The notes under the pieces are model-generated. The model made no database searches and was not told where the DNA came from. It was given only the letters and a program-made list of their open reading frames with translations. Below, in pieces: positions 40,422 to 48,789 of a stretch of 64,000 nucleotides of DNA. Numbering within the stretch: position 1 is the first letter of the stretch; each line of letters starts with the position of its first letter. The position numbers and the translations under genes are program-made. Origin of the DNA: Patescibacteria group bacterium (GTDB lineage Bacteria > Patescibacteriota > Microgenomatia > UBA12405); NCBI GenBank assembly GCA_023380755.1, contig JAMCSD010000006.1, positions 120,385 to 184,384 on the forward strand, read 5' to 3'.

Positions 40422-41922
40422 CCGCTATCTAAATATCATCACTATGTACCGGCTCATTTTGTATTATCTTTTAGTCCTCTTACTTGGGGCTGCCTTTTTA
40501 AGTTACTTGGGTATTCTCCACTATAGTGTTTTTTCCATCCTGGCCTCGGCTTTGTTTCTGATTGTCTTAAGTTGGAGCACCAACACCCTTTTTGCCGCCG
40601 CTTACCAGGCTCCGACTAATGTCGAATCGGTTTACATTTCCGCCTTAATCCTGGCCTTAATTCTGACTCCGGCCCAAACTCCCCATGATTATCTTTTTTT
40701 AGGTTGGGCCGCCATTTTCACTATGGCTTCCAAATATTTACTTAATATTGGCAAAAAACACCTTTTTAATCCGGTCGCTATTGCCGTGGTTATCACCGCC
40801 CTGATGATCAAACAATCCGCCAGCTGGTGGGTGGGCACTCTATATATGTTGCCCTTTGTAGTGATCGGTGGCTTTCTTATTGTCCGTAAAATCCGCCGCT
40901 TTAATTTAGTCCTCAGTTTCTTTATCGTCGCTTTGTTTACCATTGTCGGGATCGGCCTAATTCAAGGCCAATCAGTTATCAGCCTGTTGCGGATTGCCCT
41001 GCTCGATTCCCCCTTTTTCTTTTTTGCCTTTGTCATGCTTACCGAGCCGCTCACTACTCCCCCCACCCGAACTTGGCAAATTCTTTACGGGGCCCTCGTC
41101 GGTTTTCTTTTTGCTCCCCAAATCCACGTTGGCCATCTGTATACCACCCCCGAAATTGCCTTAAGTTTAGGTAACTTATTTTCTTACGGTGTCAGTCCGA
41201 AAGCTAAGCTTTTATTAAGTCTGGAGCAAAAAATCCGGCTTACCCCCGATACTTACGATTTTGTCTTCTCCAAACCTCCCCGTTTCAGTTATCGTCCGGG
41301 TCAGTATATGGAATGGACCTTAGCCCACCCCCGCACCGATGATCGTGGTAACCGTCGTTATTTCACCTTGGCCTCATCTCCCACTGAAGATACTCTTCGC
41401 TTAGGCATTAAATTTAACGACCACAGCAGCAGCTTTAAAAATAACCTTTTATCTCTAAGTTCCGAGACTCCGATTATGGCCGGGCAGTTAGCCGGTGACT
41501 TCGTTCTCCCCCGTAATCGTCAGCAAAAAATTGTTTTTATGGCTGGCGGTATCGGTATTACCCCTTTTCGCAGCATGGTTAAATACTTAATCGATCGGGG
41601 CGAAAAACGGGACATCGTTCTTTTTTATGCCAACAAAGAAGCCTCGGAAATTGTTTACCGGGATATCTTTGACCGTGGCCGTTCCGTCGGCCTGCGGCCG
41701 GTTTATGTTTTGACCGACCAGGCGAAAATTCCTCCCCAATGGCCTGGCTTAAGCGGCCGGATTACCGCCGCGGTCATCACCCAGGAAGTTCCCGATTACC
41801 GGGAGCGCACCTTTTATCTTTCTGGTCCTAATGCCATGGTCACTGCCTATCGGGAAATGCTGAGGCATTTAGGTTTACCTTCGTCCCAAGTTAAAACCGA
41901 CTTTTTCCCTGGCTTTGCCTAA
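40405..41922 (+). CDS. NqrB/RnfD-like membrane domain fused to an FNR-type NAD(P)H oxidoreductase
   Basis: KHLFNP, MLTEPLTTP; RRYFTLAS, AGGIGITPF, YLSGP; start refined to ATG 40405. Confidence 0.85.
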   Translation: MLKIIDRYLNIITMYRLILYYLLVLLLGAAFLSYLGILHYSVFSILASALFLIVLSWSTNTLFAAAYQAPTNVESVYISALILALILTPAQTPHDYLFLGWAAIFTMASKYLLNIGKKHLFNPVAIAVVITALMIKQSASWWVGTLYMLPFVVIGGFLIVRKIRRFNLVLSFFIVALFTIVGIGLIQGQSVISLLRIALLDSPFFFFAFVMLTEPLTTPPTRTWQILYGALVGFLFAPQIHVGHLYTTPEIALSLGNLFSYGVSPKAKLLLSLEQKIRLTPDTYDFVFSKPPRFSYRPGQYMEWTLAHPRTDDRGNRRYFTLASSPTEDTLRLGIKFNDHSSSFKNNLLSLSSETPIMAGQLAGDFVLPRNRQQKIVFMAGGIGITPFRSMVKYLIDRGEKRDIVLFYANKEASEIVYRDIFDRGRSVGLRPVYVLTDQAKIPPQWPGLSGRITAAVITQEVPDYRERTFYLSGPNAMVTAYREMLRHLGLPSSQVKTDFFPGFA

Positions 41923-41943
41923 TTTGGTAAAATGTAACTTTAT

Positions 41944-42393
41944 ATGATCACTAAATTTGGCCGGCAAAAACTGGAAGAACATCTCCACCAGCTCCAGGGC
42001 GAACTTGAGCGGACTCTCGAGGAACGCTCCCGGGCGGCTGCAGAAGGGGATTTACGGGAAAACTCAGCCTACCTCTTTTTGGGGGAGCGGGCCGATGTCT
42101 TGCGCTCCCAAATTGCCGAAGTTACCCAAGATCTTCAGGCATCAGTCGTCCAGGCCGCTCCCGAGCAGAACGTAACCATTGCTTTTGGCCACCAGGTCAG
42201 TTTACGGTATCTTGCCGATAACCGGGAAATTACCTTAGTATTAGTGGGAAAAAATGATGCCCGCCTTCAACCTAATTGGATTTCCCTGGAAAGTCCCCTG
42301 GGTCAAGCCTTACTCGGACATCATTTGGGGGACAAGGTCGAGGTTAACGGTCAAAAAATTTTGATTTTAAGTATCGAAAAAGGCGCTATCTAG
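41944..42393 (+). CDS. greA: GreA/GreB family transcription elongation factor
   Basis: GDLRENSAY, ISLESPLGQALLG. Confidence 0.88.
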   Translation: MITKFGRQKLEEHLHQLQGELERTLEERSRAAAEGDLRENSAYLFLGERADVLRSQIAEVTQDLQASVVQAAPEQNVTIAFGHQVSLRYLADNREITLVLVGKNDARLQPNWISLESPLGQALLGHHLGDKVEVNGQKILILSIEKGAI

Positions 42394-42416
42394 CTAATTT
42401 TTGCTACAATGTTTAT

Positions 42417-43139
42417 GTGCCCCGATTTGTTTTTCCTAAATATCTTTCTCCGCTTAAAAAACATCTTTTTCAATCTCCCGTCGGTCTCTTGATTGGCCTG
42501 GAAATGATTATTGGGGTTTTTTCTAGTTTTACCTTGGCCTATTTCTTTCTCAAGATCGCCGATGAAGTCGTTGACAAAAATACCCAATTTCTGGATATCA
42601 CCCTCTCCACTCTGATCTATCACCTGCGCACTCCCACACTGACTCACATTATGATTCTCATTAGCAATTTTGGAGCGGCCTATACCCTTGTTGGTCTAAT
42701 GTTCATCCTCATTGCCCTGTTGCTCCGCCGTCACCGCAAGGAGGCTCTCCTTTTTTCCTTGGTCAGTGCCCTCGGCCTGGGCATCAATCTCTTGCTTAAG
42801 AACGTTTTTGCCCGTCCCCGGCCCCTGATCTCTCCCCTCATTCCTGCCAGTTCTTATAGCTTCCCTTCCGGCCACGCCATGAATTCTCTGGTTTTTTATT
42901 TTATGATCTCCGCTTACATGTATCACTTCACTCACAATAAACTTCTGAGTATTTTTGCTGTCCTGATTTCGATCTTAATGGTTATTTTAATCGGATTCAG
43001 CCGTATCTATTTGGGTGTTCATTATCCTTCCGATATCCTTGGCGGTTATTTTATTGGCCTCTGGTGGCTGGTGACGGCCTTTTTTATTGACAAAACCATT
43101 ATCTTTTTCGAACTCTTTAAAGAGCCCAAAACGCGTTAA
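42417..43139 (+). CDS. PAP2 family phosphatase
   Basis: K....RPRP, SFPSGH, SRIYLGVHYPSD. Confidence 0.92.
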   Translation: MPRFVFPKYLSPLKKHLFQSPVGLLIGLEMIIGVFSSFTLAYFFLKIADEVVDKNTQFLDITLSTLIYHLRTPTLTHIMILISNFGAAYTLVGLMFILIALLLRRHRKEALLFSLVSALGLGINLLLKNVFARPRPLISPLIPASSYSFPSGHAMNSLVFYFMISAYMYHFTHNKLLSIFAVLISILMVILIGFSRIYLGVHYPSDILGGYFIGLWWLVTAFFIDKTIIFFELFKEPKTR

Positions 43140-43147
43140 ACTGAAAT

Positions 43148-43534
43148 ATGGCTCCATCTTTAACCAAATTCTTTCACAGTTTCACTTGTGCTTTCAATGG
43201 TATCCGCGTGGCTTATCGCGGCCGGAACATGCGCATTCATGGCTTAGTTACTTTACTAGTTGTCGTTGCTGGTTTATGGTGGCGGCTTTCCCCTTTGGAA
43301 TGGATCATTATTTTAATCTTGATCGGATTAGTCTGGTCAGCAGAACTGGTTAATACTAGTCTCGAGGAACTTGCTGACCTCATCCGCGACCACCAACATC
43401 TGCCTTATCAGGCCACTCGTGATACTCGGGACATTGCCGCCGGTGCCGTTTTAATCTTAGCCATCATCTCGGCTCTGGTCGGATTTATTATTTTTTGGCC
43501 TCACCTTAGTTCGACTGCTCTTTTTATTCCTTAG
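43148..43534 (+). CDS. dgkA: Diacylglycerol/undecaprenol kinase
   Basis: AELVNTSLEEL.D, DIAAGAV. Confidence 0.88.
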   Translation: MAPSLTKFFHSFTCAFNGIRVAYRGRNMRIHGLVTLLVVVAGLWWRLSPLEWIIILILIGLVWSAELVNTSLEELADLIRDHQHLPYQATRDTRDIAAGAVLILAIISALVGFIIFWPHLSSTALFIP

Positions 43535-43552
43535 TGTTCTATAATGTAGTTA

Positions 43553-44149
43553 ATGCTTCGCCGTTCTTCTTTGGTGACTGCCTTTTTCTTTTGGCTGCCG
43601 GTTGGCGTGATTACTACTCTCCTTTGTGGTTTAATTTACTTTCTTGAATTTCAACATTTTCGTCTTCCGGCTTACGATCCCCAGGTCCAATTAGCCGAGG
43701 ACATTGCTGCTTCCTTATCGGCGAATCGTCCTCTGGAATCGGTCGTTTCCTTAACAGTACACGTTGACTTAACTAAAAGCTTGGCTCCCTTTGCTAACTT
43801 TTATGATAGCCAGGGTCGGCCGGAAGCGGGTACCGGCTTCATCGATAATGCTGTTCCTTCTATTCCGGCTGGTGTTTTCAAATACACCACCGCTCACGGC
43901 GAAGACCGTATCACCTGGCAGCCCCGGCCGGGCATCCGCCAAGCTATCGTGGTCAAGCCCTATAAAAGTAAAACCAGCAGTGGTTTTGTGGTTGTCGGCC
44001 GTTCCCTGCGGGAAGTTGAACAACGCGAACGAATTCTTTTTGAGGAAGTCGCTGTTGGCCTCTTGTTCCTTTTAGTTATCTCCTTTCTTTTGGTCTGGCT
44101 TGCCGTTCTTCAGCTTCCGCATTTGGCATCTTCTGGTAGATCACGGTAA
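43553..44149 (+). CDS. Two-TM protein with extracytoplasmic sensor-like domain
   Basis: TM - soluble domain (TWQP, VVVGRSL) - TM. Confidence 0.6.
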   Translation: MLRRSSLVTAFFFWLPVGVITTLLCGLIYFLEFQHFRLPAYDPQVQLAEDIAASLSANRPLESVVSLTVHVDLTKSLAPFANFYDSQGRPEAGTGFIDNAVPSIPAGVFKYTTAHGEDRITWQPRPGIRQAIVVKPYKSKTSSGFVVVGRSLREVEQRERILFEEVAVGLLFLLVISFLLVWLAVLQLPHLASSGRSR

Positions 44150-44158
44150 AATTATTAT

Positions 44159-44812
44159 ATGTGTGGTCGTTATACTCTTTATACCCCCGAGGCCTTGGCC
44201 GATCATTATCACTTAGGTAATGATCTTAAGTTAGCTCCTGCCTACAACGTGGCGCCGGGAGCTGCCCATCCGGTGGTCTTCCGTGAATCTGGTACCAATC
44301 TGATTCAGGAAATGCATTGGGGTCTGATTCCCTTTTGGGCCAAGGACCCGAGCATCGGCACCCGGCTCATCAATGCCCGGGCTGATTCTGCCGCCACCAA
44401 ACCCGCCTTCCGCTCCTCCTTTAAGAGCTGCCGCTGTTTAATTCCGGCCAATGGCTTTTATGAATGGTCCCCGGCGCGCCAACCTTATTATTACCATTTA
44501 CCTCACAGCCCCCTTTTTTCTTTAGCCGGTCTTTACGATATTTGGACCGATACCTTTGGTCGCGAAATGTACTCTTTTACCATTATTACCACCGACCCCA
44601 ACTCTTTAGTCAAAACCGTCCATGACCGGATGCCGGTTATCCTCTCTGCCGACAACGAGGACCTTTGGCTGCAGCCCCACACTTCCCCCGAAACCCTCGT
44701 CTCCTTATTTGCGCCCTTTCCGGAACATCAAATGAAGGCTTATCCCGTCGCCCCTTTAGTCAATAATCCCTCCAGCAACACCCCCGATCTTATCAAAGAA
44801 ATTCCCCATTAA
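44159..44812 (+). CDS. SOS response-associated peptidase (SRAP/HMCES)
   Basis: MCGRY N-terminus, INAR, GFYEW, HDRMP. Confidence 0.95.
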   Translation: MCGRYTLYTPEALADHYHLGNDLKLAPAYNVAPGAAHPVVFRESGTNLIQEMHWGLIPFWAKDPSIGTRLINARADSAATKPAFRSSFKSCRCLIPANGFYEWSPARQPYYYHLPHSPLFSLAGLYDIWTDTFGREMYSFTIITTDPNSLVKTVHDRMPVILSADNEDLWLQPHTSPETLVSLFAPFPEHQMKAYPVAPLVNNPSSNTPDLIKEIPH

Positions 44813-45216
44813 TCAAACCGTCCTTTTAGGGTAGCCAAATATTTTTGCGCCATTCCTACCGTCCCCACTATCACCCCCGCCTTCATCACAAAATCGACTG
44901 ACCATCGCGGCTGCCGGGTTTCGTGCCAAATAATAATGAGTTTCAAGCATTTGTCTCCCGGCGCCTTAGTGTGGAATGCCAAAAAATAGCCGATTTCAAT
45001 CCAGGTTCCCTCCGATGGCGCCACCCCGGGATTAGCCAGCATTATATCCGCCCGTTTCACTGCCAATAAATCTTGAGGAAAAAAGGTGTCCGGGGAGCTT
45101 TGGTCCGCATCAATTTCCGGGTCAAAAAAATCAAACCCTGGCGTTTTTTTGATTTCATCCTTCCAGTGTTCGTGGTAGGCATTCCATTGCCCCGCCAAAT
45201 AAACCATCGGTGCCAT
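44809..45216 (-). CDS. Nucleoside 2-deoxyribosyltransferase-like protein
   Basis: VYLAG, F.P, D...V..AD, GTWIEIGY. Confidence 0.7.
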   Translation of the reverse strand: MAPMVYLAGQWNAYHEHWKDEIKKTPGFDFFDPEIDADQSSPDTFFPQDLLAVKRADIMLANPGVAPSEGTWIEIGYFLAFHTKAPGDKCLKLIIIWHETRQPRWSVDFVMKAGVIVGTVGMAQKYLATLKGRFD

Positions 45217-45258
45217 AATTAATTTTACCCCAAACCAAGCGTAAATTACCGAAAATAA

Positions 45259-45501
45259 TTAGATAAGAGGGGACACAAAGCCTTCTTTAGCAAACACCCA
45301 TCCCTCGTTCATTAAGCTAGAAATCCGTCTACAAATTGTTTCTGTGGCAAATTCTTCTCCTAACCTAGCTGCAATTCTTTCATAAACCGCGCCAACCGTC
45401 ACCGGGTCATGGTTGCGCAACCCAATATTAAGGAGCCGCATTGTATCGGCATTCCACTGAATTAGTTCATCCATCGGAGATTTCATTAATATTTCATTCA
45501 T
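45259..45501 (-). CDS. Hypothetical protein
   Basis: ORF preceded by TATACT at leaderless spacing. Confidence 0.5.
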   Translation of the reverse strand: MNEILMKSPMDELIQWNADTMRLLNIGLRNHDPVTVGAVYERIAARLGEEFATETICRRISSLMNEGWVFAKEGFVSPLI

Positions 45502-45606
45502 GCTCTAGTATATCAGTTCACCGACTTTGATATTTTCCCTATCTTTCTGTATAATAAACCTCTAAGAACCAAAAGCACTGGCGCTTTCAGGGTTTAGGAG
45601 AGTTTT

Positions 45607-45628
45607 TGCACCTTAAAAGGAGATTAAT
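45607..45628 (+). promoter_or_regulatory. boxA-like element plus leader arm covering the SD (unit 5)
   Basis: TGCACCTTAAAA then GAGATTAAT, reverse complement of 46620-46628. Confidence 0.6.
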
Positions 45629-46624
45629 ATGTCAAAATTAGTGGCCGAAATTAACAAACGGAAGGTTTACTCAGATAAGGAAGTTCGAGCCATCGTCGAC
45701 ACCAAAGTCTACTTTGTCGATGGTAGTTGGTGCGATGTCGCCACCGGTGAAACCGTCAACAACGGCCCTGGTTCTATAAGCTTCGATAATCCAGGTGCTA
45801 CCGCTGAAAAGATCACTGTCGGCCCAACCCCCTTCATGGCTAGTTCTTTAGAAGTTCGTGGCGTAATAGCCGATGTCGAAATCAATGTCAAATCTAGTCC
45901 CACCATCGAGGTCGAAATTACGGGTCCGAAAAAGGAAGTCGAGGCCATCAAGGTCGCCAAAGTTGGGGATACGGTCGTCGTCGAAAGCGAGGATCGCGAC
46001 ACCGGCTTTTCCAGAAGCCAGGGGACGACAGTCATTGCTGGCAGTGGTAACGTGGTGACTCGTATTGGTAGGGCCCGTGGTATGGTTATTTCCGGTGATC
46101 TGGTCATGGGTCGTCGGCGGACGGTCATTTCCACCGGAGATATGTATGTCTCGGGCGATAATGTCATTCTCTCCGGAGGCGGCGAGGCCAGCACCAAGGT
46201 CATCATCGGTGTGCCTCAAAAGACGGGTGTCACCGTTACCAAGGTTACCGGTAATACCGTTATCGGCGATACCCAAGGTCGGGTGTCCGTCAGTGGTAAC
46301 AATGGTGAAATGAGGATTGGTCGTGTTGGCCCTGCCAAACTTGGAGTTTCCGGTAGTAGTGACATTAGCGTCAAAGAAGTCACTGGCTCCATGCTCGACA
46401 TCCGTATCATGGGTTCTGGCGATATCCGGATCGAAGCTGGTCAAGTGGATCAGTTGTCGGTCGAAGTCATGGGCTCCGGTGATGCCCGCTTTCATGGCCG
46501 CGCCACTGACAGCAACCTAAGCATCATGGGTTCCGGCGACATTTGGGTGGCCCATTCGGTCAACAAGCCAGTCGAAGATGTCATGGGCTCAGGGGATATT
46601 CACGTTAGTCGAGTTGGCAATTAA
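45629..46624 (+). CDS. DUF2807/GIN beta-helix domain protein (unit 5)
   Basis: Repeated (I/V)MGSGD(I/A) motifs. Confidence 0.75.
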   Translation: MSKLVAEINKRKVYSDKEVRAIVDTKVYFVDGSWCDVATGETVNNGPGSISFDNPGATAEKITVGPTPFMASSLEVRGVIADVEINVKSSPTIEVEITGPKKEVEAIKVAKVGDTVVVESEDRDTGFSRSQGTTVIAGSGNVVTRIGRARGMVISGDLVMGRRRTVISTGDMYVSGDNVILSGGGEASTKVIIGVPQKTGVTVTKVTGNTVIGDTQGRVSVSGNNGEMRIGRVGPAKLGVSGSSDISVKEVTGSMLDIRIMGSGDIRIEAGQVDQLSVEVMGSGDARFHGRATDSNLSIMGSGDIWVAHSVNKPVEDVMGSGDIHVSRVGN

Positions 46625-46638
46625 TCTCGTTAGTTCCT

Positions 46639-46690
46639 AAACCGCTTGGGTTTTTGATTATCATAATCACTGACCCCGGCGGTTTTTTTT
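46639..46690 (+). terminator. Terminator hairpin of unit 5
   Basis: AAACCGC...GCGGTTT with inner stems and T8. Confidence 0.75.
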
Positions 46691-46704
46691 GTTTAAAAAT
46701 TACC

Positions 46705-46784
46705 TGCACCCATACGGCAAAAACTAAGATATTGTTTACCAGCATTTGGTACCCTTTTTCTTAATCTTTGCCCGTATGGGTGTA
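46705..46784 (-). terminator. Long 3' hairpin after the 46796-47143 gene
   Basis: TGCACCCATACGG(C)AAAAACTAAGA / TCTTAATCTTTGCCCGTATGGGTGTA. Confidence 0.65.
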
Positions 46785-46795
46785 ACTGTCGTCTT

Positions 46796-47143
46796 TTACC
46801 ACTTCGGGATTTCGACGACGACTTCGCCATCTGGATCCTGGAGCACTATCCTGACAGCGTTTTTTTGGCTGTCCCTTTGGGTCAGATTAGTAAAATTCTT
46901 TCCGATCCACAACAGGCGGCACCAGATATTCCCGACCACTCTCACTTCGGAATCCTCTGGGAAAAACACTGTCCTAACTGCGTGCTCATCTTCGACTACC
47001 AGCATATAGCCTTCGGCCACACTGACGCTGGTGACTAGTCCCTGATAAGCGAAATTTAGAATTGGGGTCTCCGGGGCACAAAGCTTGGCCAGTCTTTCGC
47101 GCTCCAACCGCAGCTCTTCAGCTGTCCACTTTCTCGGGTTCAT
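46796..47143 (-). CDS. Hypothetical protein downstream of hammerhead 1
   Basis: GGGAGG SD then ATG 47143; the longer ORF-track start lies inside the ribozyme. Confidence 0.7.
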   Translation of the reverse strand: MNPRKWTAEELRLERERLAKLCAPETPILNFAYQGLVTSVSVAEGYMLVVEDEHAVRTVFFPEDSEVRVVGNIWCRLLWIGKNFTNLTQRDSQKNAVRIVLQDPDGEVVVEIPKW

Positions 47144-47168
47144 GAAAATCCTCCCTTTTAAACGAACT

Positions 47169-47223
47169 TGAGTATTTCGTCCTTTCGGACTCATCGGGTC
47201 TGACACTCATCAGACGATACTCA
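47169..47223 (-). ncRNA. Type III hammerhead ribozyme (U4C core variant)
   Basis: UGAGUA-U-C | GUCUGA(UGAGUG)UCAGAC | CCGAUGA | GUCC(GAAA)GGAC | GAAA | UACUCA; all three stems perfect. Confidence 0.85.
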
Positions 47224-47310
47224 CCCCACACCTCGACCCCGAGACCAAAAAACTTGAAACCGCACGAGGGCTTCTTGTCTTTTGGTCTCTGTAGGCCGGG
47301 TGTTTAGAGC

Positions 47311-48585
47311 TTAGCTAGTGCGCGGATCGAAGTCCAACTTGACCCACTTACCGTTAACGAACATTTCAAACCACTTGTCCGCGACGAAGTCGTCATGGAC
47401 GTAATGACTCGAATCATGGCGGGGATCAGGGTCCCACACACGGCGAAGGTCACGATCCTCCAAGTTCGTCCCGCCCCATTCGAGGTGAGCCGGAAAAGGA
47501 TTCTTGCCTTCACGGTCCGAATGCTGCAGGAAGACCCGCATTTCCACGTCACCACTTCGGGCCATTTCCGTGAGCATTCGACGGAAGAGGGTGTAGCGGG
47601 TCCAGTAAATCGTGTGCTCTGCGGGAGACTCAACAAACACAATCCGTTCATCGCGAACCGGAGGTCGTAAGCCTTTGCCGGCAGGGAGTAGCTTCCAGAC
47701 CAGACGATTGTTCTCGAAGGCCATGGTCAAACCATTGGCCATCCACACCATTATCGAAACGGTCGCTTCACCATTCCAGTACTCCGCCTCCCCAGCCGTC
47801 AGGTTCCACTTGGCGACCCGAGCCGTATGCAGCTCTGCAAAGTCAACCTCTCTCGATGGCGAAGTGGCGGCTTTTGTCTTCGGTTCCTCGGTCTGAGCCT
47901 GTTGGCTTGCTCGCTTGGCGGCGATTTGGGCATCGCTCCATTCGGTCTCCAAGCACCAAGGCTTAGCCCGCAACACCGGATTGCCATTTCGGTCCGTGGT
48001 GTCGATGACGATGAACTTGACACCAGTGCCGACTCGGGGCGCATAATCCAACAAGCTAGGTGTCCAGGTTACTGACCCGTCGGCGCCCAAGGTGGGTAAG
48101 CCATGGTCATTCTGGTCGAAGAACACCTCATCGTTGGCGCTATTTACGTTGAAGAAACCCTGGGACATCCAGTGGAACGGGTACTTGAGTACCTTACCAT
48201 CGATTATGCCCCGAGGCGTTGTCGTCGCCGAGAGCGGCTGCTCCTTGGCCCAATCATAGTTTTTCTCAAAAGCCCAGAGTATTGCCGGCCGTCGATTGCC
48301 TTCTTCGGGCTTTTCGTCGCTGGCGATAAAGACTATCTGGTCACCAACTCTTGGCTCTGGTAGTACGTCATCAGGAAAGCTCGAGGGAACCCATTCCAGG
48401 TGATCGGCGACGGGGCGGATAAAGTAGCCCGCATTCCGGTGAATGAAGAATTCCTCCGGCATGCCGTCAGGTCCTTTGCTAATAGCATACCCAAAGTGTC
48501 GTCCGATGTTGTTCCAGCGGACAATACGTCCCACCTTCAAACCGTCGGTGCTGAACCACAAACTCTGCGGTTGATTCCTGCTCAT
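47311..48585 (-). CDS. Protein with three cold-shock/OB-fold-like repeats (unit 6)
   Basis: G.IV.W....FGY...FFIH...P.VG..I.F...A..W pattern repeated; AAGGAG SD. Confidence 0.65.
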   Translation of the reverse strand: MSRNQPQSLWFSTDGLKVGRIVRWNNIGRHFGYAISKGPDGMPEEFFIHRNAGYFIRPVADHLEWVPSSFPDDVLPEPRVGDQIVFIASDEKPEEGNRRPAILWAFEKNYDWAKEQPLSATTTPRGIIDGKVLKYPFHWMSQGFFNVNSANDEVFFDQNDHGLPTLGADGSVTWTPSLLDYAPRVGTGVKFIVIDTTDRNGNPVLRAKPWCLETEWSDAQIAAKRASQQAQTEEPKTKAATSPSREVDFAELHTARVAKWNLTAGEAEYWNGEATVSIMVWMANGLTMAFENNRLVWKLLPAGKGLRPPVRDERIVFVESPAEHTIYWTRYTLFRRMLTEMARSGDVEMRVFLQHSDREGKNPFPAHLEWGGTNLEDRDLRRVWDPDPRHDSSHYVHDDFVADKWFEMFVNGKWVKLDFDPRTS

Positions 48586-48626
48586 CGGAAAGTCTCCTTT
48601 TTACGAACAAAGTTTACGAACATTTT

Positions 48627-48715
48627 GGTCACAATGACCTATCTGTCCCGACGTGACGTCGGGATACATAGGCCACTGCGACCTTAACTTAAGCTCTATA
48701 GGGTGTTAAAGAACT
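48627..48715 (-). promoter_or_regulatory. boxA-like element, leader arm and long leader hairpin (unit 6)
   Basis: AGTTCTTTAACAC (48715-48703); TAGAGCTTA pairs with 47305-47313; hairpin 48627-48683. Confidence 0.7.
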
Positions 48716-48789
48716 ATTTGGAATATCCAAATATGTTATTATTATCTCACATTATAGGATAAAAATCAAACCCTGTTATATAATTAACC

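Noticed and set aside
45709-46520. Long antisense and alternate-frame ORFs over the DUF2807 gene (similar cases elsewhere)
   Set aside because: Shadow ORFs from codon bias; no motifs or start signals
47144-47206. ORF-track N-terminal extension MSDPMSPKGRNTQ...
   Set aside because: It runs through the hammerhead; a good SD supports ATG 47143
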